DNA of 62,532 nt, filler included. It is 6 parts of 6 records of this genome, joined end to end, with 100 filler letters (N's around TTAATTAATTAA, not from the genome) between each part and the next. Parts side by side here need not be neighbours in the genome. Positions count along the whole stretch, not along the records: positions 50,434 to 56,965 come from SRR31147125_18067; positions 57,066 to 62,532 come from SRR31147125_18131; 4 more parts are not named here. One strand, written 5' to 3'. The position numbers and the translations under genes are program-made. Below the pieces are notes generated by a model. The model searched no databases. It was not told the DNA's origin and saw nothing but the letters and a program-made list of their open reading frames with translations. Shown piece by piece: positions 54,489 through 62,532 of this stretch (the first letter of the stretch is position 1; the number at the start of each line of letters is the position of its first letter).

Positions 54489-56965
54489 GTGCAGAAAAAA
54501 CGGTTCAACAGGCTTCTCTTTTCAGCGCTCACCCTTCTGATCCTCCTCGCCGGCTGTCAGAACCCCGCGCTCGATGATATCTTCCGGCAGATTGAGGATG
54601 AGGTCGCCACGTCCAGGGAGGAAAAATTCCCCGAACTCTATGTTCTCCTGGACGGGGTAGAAATCCAGAATGGGGATGATGAAACATCGGTCTTCGACGG
54701 GATCATTATCAATCAGACAGCGACGGCAACCCTGACCTTGAAAAATACGGGAAAGAAAAACCTCAACCTCTCCGGTGCCAATCCGATCTATCGAACCGGC
54801 AACGATCACGCCCTCTTTTCTCTCACCTCCCCTTCGCAGACCACAATAGCCCCGGATGGTGAACTCACCGTCACCCTCAGTTTTGCCCCCTCCTCCCTGG
54901 GAACAAAAAGTGCGGTTATCACCATCCAGAATGATGATGAAGACGAGGGCAGCTTCTTTTTTACGATAATTGCAGAAGTCGAACAGGGTCCGGATATTTC
55001 CGTCTACGATGGACTCCAGGCCGGCGCATCAGAAATTGAACAGCTTGATGAGGTTTACCTCTTCCAGAATGCCAGAGTAAACAATCCGGAATCGACCTTT
55101 ATTCTGATCGAAAACTCGGGCAGCCGGGACCTGATCCTGTCTGAGGAAATTACCCTCTCCGGCGATGATGCCTCTCATTTTTCGGTTTCACCTCTGACCT
55201 ATCCGCTCACCATTGAAGCCGGCGAAAAACAGGCTGTGGGAGTAAATCTTGATACACCCCAGAACAGGGACATGACGGCATCCCTGACTATTTATACCAA
55301 TGATCCCGATACCCCGGAGAATGGCTTCACCCTGAAGTTCGAACCCGGTCCTGAACTCGCCGTCTTCGCCGGAAGCGGTGAAGAGACCGAATTGACCTCC
55401 GGCGGAATTTCGGATGTTTTCGCCGATACTCTTCCGGGGGAAAGTCAAACGGTTGTTTTTACTGTTAAGAACGTCGGGGCTTTGGATTTAGAAGTGGATG
55501 GCCAGCCGAATATCGGTGGCGGAAGTTCCGGATTCTCAGCAAATGAATTCCTGTCGAGCTACGATATTTCTCCTGACAGTTCAAACAGCTTCAGTATTTC
55601 CTTCACTGCCCCGGCGACTTCAGGTACAAAATCAGGCTCCTTCTATCTGGATTCCAACGATGAAGATGAAAATCCCTTCACTCAAACCTTCACCTGGACC
55701 GCCTTCGAAGTTGACTTTGAAACTGATGAAGCCCCGGCCATTGAATCACAGGTTGTCCTTGAGAACGGAACCGTGACCCCGCCGGCACCTCCGGAAATAT
55801 CAGGGAAAACTTTTACAGGCTGGTTTCTGGATGCTGAAGGCACAGAATCCTGGGAGATGTCCGGTGATACGGTAACGGAAGATATTACCCTCTACGCCGG
55901 CTGGACAAGTCTGGCAACCTATACAATCACATACAACGCCAACGGTGCGGAAGGGGAGCCCCCGGCAAACCAGACAAAAATCGCCGGAACAGATCTATTC
56001 CTGGCAACAGGGACAGGGACGATGGAGAAAACAGGCTACTCCTTCACCGGCTGGAATACCGACCCCAACGGAAACGAAACGGCTTACACCGAGGGTGAAA
56101 GTTACACCAGCGATGCGGATCTGGAACTCTACGCCCAATGGGAGTTGAATTCCTATACTGTCTTTTTTGATACGGGGGAAGGCAGTGCAGTAGCCTCTCA
56201 GACTATCGATCACGGAGAAACCGCCGCCCGGCCCTCTACAGATCCAATCTGGACGGGCAATACATTTCTCAACTGGTACGAGGATGATAGCTTCACTACT
56301 CTCTGGGATTTCGCAACTCCGATTTCCGCAGAAACAACAATCTACGCCAACTGGTCGGCCTTACCGGGCTACGCTGTCAACTACTATTCAAACGAAGCAA
56401 CCTCCGGTGCGGCTCCTCCCCAGCAAAATAAATTCCAGGGGATAGATATCAACCTCGCCTCCAATACGGGAAACCTGGGACGGACAGGCTACACCTTCGC
56501 AGGATGGAACACCAAGGATGACGGAACCGGAACCGATTACGCCGAAGAGGCTGTCTATTCCCAGGACACAACCCTCTCGCTCTACGCTAAATGGGATATT
56601 ATTTCCTATACCATTACCTTCGTTCCCGATGGTGGAACGGAAACGGATTCCCAAACCATCGAATACGGCGGCCTGGTTACCGAGCCTTCGGATCCTTCAA
56701 AAACAGGGTATTCCTTTGACGGCTGGTTCGATTCAGTTGAGCTGACCACAGCCTGGGATTTCGCGACCGACACCATTTCGGGTACCACAACCATATATGC
56801 CAAATGGACCATCCTTACCTATACGGTAACCTTTGATGCTGACGACGGCTCTACAATAGAATCACAAACCATTGACCACGGAGCAACAGTATCGGAGCCC
56901 GCCGATCCTACGAAAACAGGTCATACATTCGACGGCTGGTTCCATCAGGATCTTTCTACACCCTG
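54489..56965 (+). CDS. surface lipoprotein with three choice-of-anchor D/ASH-like Ig domains and InlB B-repeats (Flg_new), truncated
   Basis: Lipobox LLAGC; repeated (K/E)NxG..L..NDxDE domains; at least five YT(V/I)TF...P.KTGY.F.GW...T(I/L)YAxW repeats. Confidence 0.85.
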
Positions 56966-57065
56966 NNNNNNNNNNNNNNNNNNNNNNNNNNNNNNNNNNN
57001 NNNNNNNNNTTAATTAATTAANNNNNNNNNNNNNNNNNNNNNNNNNNNNNNNNNNNNNNNNNNNN
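56966..57065. other. artificial contig linker
   Basis: N-run + TTAATTAATTAA + N-run. Confidence 0.99.
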
Positions 57066-57158
57066 AAAAAGTCTTTTTTATTTAAAATACTAGTTTAAAA
57101 AACAATGATTTTTCTAAATTATTCGAAAATATATATTATTTATGAATTTATATTTAAT

Positions 57159-57192
57159 AAAAGCACCTTAATTCTCCATTAAAGATGCTTTT
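57159..57192 (-). terminator. probable intrinsic terminator after the AraC gene
   Basis: AAAAGCA-CC-TTAAT...ATTAA-AGA-TGCTTTT inverted repeat downstream of the stop. Confidence 0.5.
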
Positions 57193-57219
57193 AAATGCTT
57201 AATATGTTTATTTATAAAC

Positions 57220-59569
57220 TTATTTAATATGGTTTCTCCTATATTGACTTGGTGAACAACCAAACTTGTTCTTGAACAGCGTATAAAAGTATGCTCTGTT
57301 ATCCCATCCTATATCATCCAATATGCTGTCAATGCTTTTAGAGTATTTAACTAGCTCTTCAGCAGCTTTATTAAGCCTATATTCATTTATATAAAGGGCT
57401 ATGGAGATTCCCGTATTACGCTTAAAGAGAGAATTTAAGTATTTTAGAGTTAATCCATTATTTCTAGCTATTAGATTTGGTGTCAAATTACTATTGCTAT
57501 AGTTGTACTCAATATATTCTTTTACATTTTTAATTAAATCATATGATTTATTCTTTTTGCTTTCTTTTATTCTGGTTATATATTCTTTTACTACTAATTT
57601 ATACTCTTCTCTTACTTGTTGCAGTGTCTCTAAATTATTTATAAAATTATTAAAATTATTAAAATCAACTTCAAAATCAATTTGATTATTTTCTGATATA
57701 ACATTTATCGCATTCATCATTTCAACAGTCAAATAGCCCAGCCCTATTTTTATATCATTTATAGAAAATCCTGATAAGTATTCAAAAAATGATTCCAAAA
57801 TCTCTATGCTTTTATTTTCTTTTTCAGATTTAATAGCCTCTATTAATTTTCTAACTTTTGAATAAGGGATATTAAATTCTTCTTCCTTACTTTCTAACAA
57901 GATTCCTATGGTAATAATACTGTTATATCCTTTTATAAATCTATATTCTTGCAACTCAGTTAATTGTTCAAAGCTATCTCTAATTTCCTCAGCATTTTTT
58001 ATATCAGCACTTATAGCAACACTTAAAGTATTTCCTGTTTCTATTAAAACTATATTTTGAATCTTTTTTGCATAATTTAATAAATTATTGTTTTTTTCTT
58101 TTTTTCGGGTGTGTTCATAAGAACATAAAATACATTATTTATATGTACTAATTCTATTTTATATTTTAGTTTTAAAGTGTTAAGTATGATATTTAGTATA
58201 GAGCTGCAGTATCCTTGGTAATCGTTTAATTTTTTAAATGTATCATAATCATCAATGGTGAATGAAACCATCTGCATATTGCTGTGTATATCAATATCAA
58301 AATTATATTCCAAAAATTTATCTTCTATTTTTTTACTATCAATGGATTTATCAAATAAAATTTCTATCATTAAAGAATGCTTCAAGTTATCAATACTATT
58401 ATCTCTAAACTTCTCGAGGTTTTTATATTCATCGTGTATACTTTCAAATGATTCTTTTATCTGTATAAATTCATTTCCCTCTGCTTTTTTTCATTATTAA
58501 TAAAAAATAAATCATGCAAATTATTCTTAAGTGCACTTATAGGGCTATATAGCATTTTGGATGTAAAATAAGAGATTAGCAAACTTATGAAAAACAATAT
58601 ACCAACAATAATAGTGGTTAGTTTATTTATAAGCTTTATTCTTCCAAAGAGCTGATCTTTATAGGTAATATTAAATAATAATACTCCCTTTTCTGCATTA
58701 TTAATATAAGACAAAAAATACTCTTCTTCATTTATTTCTATTTCAATTGAACCAATATTATCTTCTGAGTTTCTTATTTGCTCTAAATAACCATCATCAA
58801 TAAATTCAGCACCGAAATTACTCTTGTCTGTGTGGGCTAACACAGTATTACTTTCATCTAATACAATAAATGTTTTACCAACTGAATAATTATCTTCAGG
58901 AGATAGTATTACGCTATCCATTAGCCAGCTTGCATCAACATTTACTACATAAACATATTCCAGCGCCCCAGTACTATAATTAAATCTAGGCAATATATAA
59001 GTATATACTTTCTTTGTATTTTTTACTGAATATGGAGAAACTGATACTTCTCTTGGAATCAGTATAATGTTTTTATCTTCTGTAGTTAATCCATTAATTA
59101 CATCCACTATTTCTTTGTCAAACATATCATCAGACTCTCTAATGGCGCTATTTTCTCCAATACAATAAAAAGTATCGGTATCTTCTCTGTAAAGATAAAA
59201 GGTTTCAACAAAAGCCGTATTTGCTCTATAGCCGTTCATAACTTCCATCTGAGACATCACTTCTCGTGCATCATAGTTACCGCTGCTACTAAACATTAAT
59301 TGCTTCGCGATGTCATCATTAGCAATTCTAAGCAGGAAAGACTGCATTAATTCATTTATTACAATATAATTCTTATTTATCTGAGTTAAAATTTTTATAT
59401 CAGACTCATAAATAGATTCTTTCAAATGCGTCGTAAATAAACTATTTGCAGCTACTGCCGAAATAATTAATAGAACTACTAAAATTAAGCTAATTGATAT
59501 GAATAAATTATAGAAAAAACTAAACCTTCTTTTATTAGAATAGTTTTTTTTGAAGTTGTTTAAAAACAT
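57220..59569 (-). CDS. membrane-anchored AraC family regulator with extracellular Cache-like sensor; two homopolymer frameshifts (about 58490 and 58095)
   Basis: Two TM helices flanking a sensor region, LYSPI linker, C-terminal AraC HTH (YLNSLFKRNTG, YFYTLFKNKFGCSPSQYR); three ORFs are colinear and the gap frame is open. Confidence 0.85.
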
Positions 59570-59695
59570 ATTCTCTCCTCTTCTTCTTTGAAATAATAAA
59601 GTTAAACAATTTCTTATCTTAATTAATCATTCATAATTTACTATTTAAATTCCCCAATTATTTATATAAATTCTGAATTTTCACTTCAAACATTA

Positions 59696-61612
59696 TTATG
59701 TTCCGAAGTCTTCTATAATAATTCTTTCACCCGCCTTAATAAATATCTTCTTAAATTCAATTAACTCATGTGGATAATTATTATTATACTTCAATATTGA
59801 ATATTTTGTATCATATAATCCAGAATTAGTGACACATACCTTATCTTCATTAAGCCAATCTTCATTTATTGTAGTATAATTCAGACCATGCCCAAAAGGA
59901 TATACCGGCGTTCCTTTATAATATTTATAGGTTCTATTTTCCATAGAGTAATCTTCAAAATTAGGCAAATCATCAATGCTCTCGTAAAAAGTTACAGGTA
60001 ACCGTCCGCTAGGGGAATCTTTACCAAATAATATCTGAGCAATAGCCTCTCCTCCCATTGCACCCGGATAAAAGCACTGTACTACAGCATCACACTCACT
60101 ATCTTGTTTCTTCAAATTTAAACAGCTTCCGCTGACATTAAGAAAGATTATAGGTTTATTGATTTTAATAATTTCATCATACAGTTCTTTTTGTACTCTT
60201 GGTAATTTTAAATCATTTTTATCACCGCTAAGTGAAGGACTAAATTCATCCGCTTCCTCTCCTTCAATCAAAGGATTTATTCCCATACAAAGTATAACAA
60301 TATCTGACCTTTGAGCACATAAAATTGCCTCTCTTAAAGGCTGCTCCTCCCAGTATCCAACTGCAGGCTTAGTTGTATTGCATCCTATTGCATAGTCTAT
60401 AACCGATCCCGTCTCTTGTGCAGCATTTATCATGCCCTGTAAGATTGTTATATATTCTGTTGGTGTACCATTATAGTTGCCTAGTAATACAGATTTGTCA
60501 TCCGCATTTGGCCCAATTAATGCAATTCTTTTTGATTCTTTAATAGGAAGAATTCCATTATTCTTGAGTAATACTATACTTTCTTTTGCTATTTCTAAAT
60601 TGATTTTTTTATGTTCTTCACATTCAACTACATCATACGAAATATTATCATATTCACATTCATCAAACATGCCTAACTTGAATCTTGCAGTGAACAGCCT
60701 TTCTACTGACTCTGTTATCTTCTCCTCAGACACAAGATTGGCAGCCATTGCCGACTTTAGTGCCGGATAGGCTGTACCGCAATTCAAATTGCATCCTGAA
60801 TTCACTGCTAAAGCTGCGCTTTGCGCTTTATTTTCTGTAATATGAAAATGCTCGTGTATATCACAAATAGCTCCACAGTCTGATACTATATATCCTTCAA
60901 ATCCAAATTTATCATACAATATTCCCTGTATCATACGTTTACTAGCTGAACACGGCTCTCCATTAACTGCATTATATGCTGTCATAACTGCTGCTGGTTT
61001 TGCTTTTTTCACACATTCTTTAAATGCAAAAAGATATGTTTCATATAATTCTTTATCATCTATTTCAACATTAAATCCATGCCTGTCATCTTCGGGTCCA
61101 CTATGAACAGCATAATGTTTTATTGTTGCATCTACCTTCCTGTATTTGCTAGTTCCTTGCAATCCCTTAACAAATTCTATACCCATTTGCGATGTCAAAA
61201 AAGGATCTTCCCCATATGTTTCATGACCTCTTCCCCATCTAGGATCTCTAAAAACATTTATATTTGGAGACCAAAATGTTAAACCTTGGTATATTAAAGT
61301 ATCACCAAATTTTTTATACTCATTATATTTCGCTCTTGCTTCATCTGATATTGCTTCTGCTGCTTTACCTACAAGTTCTTTATTAAACGTAGCAGCCATT
61401 GCTATTGACTGTGGGAATACTGTTGCTTTGCCTGATCTTGCGACACCATGTAAGCACTCATTCCACCAATTATATGCGGGAATGCCAAGTCTTTCAATAG
61501 AAGGCGTCTTATAGTGCATTTGAGCTATTTTCTCATCCAGCGTCATATTGCTTACTAGGCTCTTTGCTCTAACTTCAAATGGCAAGTCTTTATTTTGATA
61601 ATCTTTATTCAT
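59696..61612 (-). CDS. glycoside hydrolase family 3 (beta-xylosidase/beta-glucosidase), cytoplasmic
   Basis: WWNECLHGVA, WSPNINVFRDPRWGRGHETYGEDP, KHYAVH, VSDCGA, IVLLKN, SGRLPVTFY, PFGHGL. Confidence 0.96.
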   Translation of the reverse strand: MNKDYQNKDLPFEVRAKSLVSNMTLDEKIAQMHYKTPSIERLGIPAYNWWNECLHGVARSGKATVFPQSIAMAATFNKELVGKAAEAISDEARAKYNEYKKFGDTLIYQGLTFWSPNINVFRDPRWGRGHETYGEDPFLTSQMGIEFVKGLQGTSKYRKVDATIKHYAVHSGPEDDRHGFNVEIDDKELYETYLFAFKECVKKAKPAAVMTAYNAVNGEPCSASKRMIQGILYDKFGFEGYIVSDCGAICDIHEHFHITENKAQSAALAVNSGCNLNCGTAYPALKSAMAANLVSEEKITESVERLFTARFKLGMFDECEYDNISYDVVECEEHKKINLEIAKESIVLLKNNGILPIKESKRIALIGPNADDKSVLLGNYNGTPTEYITILQGMINAAQETGSVIDYAIGCNTTKPAVGYWEEQPLREAILCAQRSDIVILCMGINPLIEGEEADEFSPSLSGDKNDLKLPRVQKELYDEIIKINKPIIFLNVSGSCLNLKKQDSECDAVVQCFYPGAMGGEAIAQILFGKDSPSGRLPVTFYESIDDLPNFEDYSMENRTYKYYKGTPVYPFGHGLNYTTINEDWLNEDKVCVTNSGLYDTKYSILKYNNNYPHELIEFKKIFIKAGERIIIEDFGT

Positions 61613-61817
61613 AAGTACCTCATTTTAGTATTTATGCTTTATTTCATAGATTTGTTTACATAAAGCTATTAACAAAGTTAATTATACATCTTATACATTT
61701 TACTTTATAGTTAAAGATATCCTAAAACATTCAATATGTTCTGCTTTGATATTTATAAATATTAAATTTATTACACAATTTATTATTAACTTTCACTCCA
61801 TTAGAGTATTACAATAT

Positions 61818-61849
61818 GCAATATTTAAAACAAAACGCAATATTTAAAA
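61818..61849. promoter_or_regulatory. 13-bp direct repeat, candidate regulator site
   Basis: GCAATATTTAAAA at 61818 and 61837 in the divergent GH3/GH31 promoter region. Confidence 0.45.
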
Positions 61850-61895
61850 TACATTTATCAAAATAATAAATATATAATTTAATAGGAGGGATAAC

Positions 61896-62532
61896 ATGAA
61901 ATTTAAAAACGGAACTTGGTTTGTAAATAAAGGCTTGTCAATAGTATCTCCTAAAGAAATTAGGGACTATAGCATAGAGCCTAATAAATTGACTTGCTTT
62001 GCACCATGTAAAGTAATAAAAGATAGAGCAGATACATTGAATGGTCCAATGCTTACATACGAATTTTCTAGCCCTATGCCTAATATATTTAAAATTAGAA
62101 TCTACCACTTTAAAGGAGAAAAACCTTTTGATAATAATTTTAAAATCGATGACAGCTGCAATAACAAAATATCTATAAAAGATACAGAAAATGAATTAGT
62201 TTTAAACTCAGATATTTCAAAAATAGTGATAAATAAATCTAATCCTTTAAGTTACTGCTTTTATTATAAAAATAATAAACTAACATGCTGCGATCCTTCC
62301 AGCACTTACTATGTGACTGGTGAAAATGGAGAAAAATATATATGTGAACAACTTAATTTAGGAATAGGCGAATGTGTATATGGTCTAGGAGAAAAATTTA
62401 CACATTTCGTTAAAAACGGTCAGGTAGTTGATATTTGGAATGAAGACTCCGGAACAAATAGCGAACAATCATATAAAAATATTCCTTTTTATATCACCAA
62501 TAATAACTATGGGGTTTTTGTAAATAATCCTG
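61896..62532 (+). CDS. yicI: alpha-xylosidase (GH31, YicI-like), 3'-truncated
   Basis: AGGAGG RBS; MKFKNGTW..., DTLNGPML, EQLNLGIGECVYGLGEKFTHFVKNGQVVDIWNEDSGTNSEQSYKNIPFY. Confidence 0.92.
   Translation, partial: MKFKNGTWFVNKGLSIVSPKEIRDYSIEPNKLTCFAPCKVIKDRADTLNGPMLTYEFSSPMPNIFKIRIYHFKGEKPFDNNFKIDDSCNNKISIKDTENELVLNSDISKIVINKSNPLSYCFYYKNNKLTCCDPSSTYYVTGENGEKYICEQLNLGIGECVYGLGEKFTHFVKNGQVVDIWNEDSGTNSEQSYKNIPFYITNNNYGVFVNNP

Overview
This is not one locus. It is six unrelated contigs joined by identical 100-nt linkers (N-run + TTAATTAATTAA + N-run), so gene context must not be read across them. Many essential genes carry single frameshifts in homopolymer or dinucleotide runs, which looks like pyrosequencing or assembly error. 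Taxonomic labels are inferred from protein similarity and base composition. (1) 1-23892, Desulfobacterota-like: peptide ABC binding protein, M20 amidohydrolase, GNAT, ArgD-like aminotransferase, suhB, recDBC, a decayed SbtA/SbtM (selenobiotic) RiPP pair, hemolysin III, a 670-aa solenoid protein of about 19 34-aa repeats, an MDR oxidoreductase, a Bacteroidota-type tyrS, and a LacI gene with operators but no visible target. (2) 23993-33816, AT-rich deltaproteobacterium-like: hrcA-grpE-LpoA-like, rpsU-yqeY-dnaG-rpoD, and a VKOR-DsbA fusion. (3) 33917-41132, Bacteroidota: LacI, GH38, AGE epimerase, MtaA/UroD-family methyltransferase and a secreted protein. (4) 41233-50333, Desulfuromonadales-like: ribF-aroE-pilB-pilT-pilC-pilS-pilR. 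(5) 50434-56965, spirochaete-like: ogt, ada-alkA, a beta-barrel/Ig/transglutaminase/TPR protein and a repeat-rich surface lipoprotein. (6) 57066-62532, Clostridia-like: membrane-sensing AraC regulator, GH3 and GH31. The best leads are the triply deleted selenobiotic RiPP relic, the corrinoid-type methyltransferase inside a mannoside-utilisation operon, the barrel-transglutaminase/adhesin pair, and the 34-aa repeat protein. No CRISPR array, rRNA, tRNA or intact transposase was recognised.
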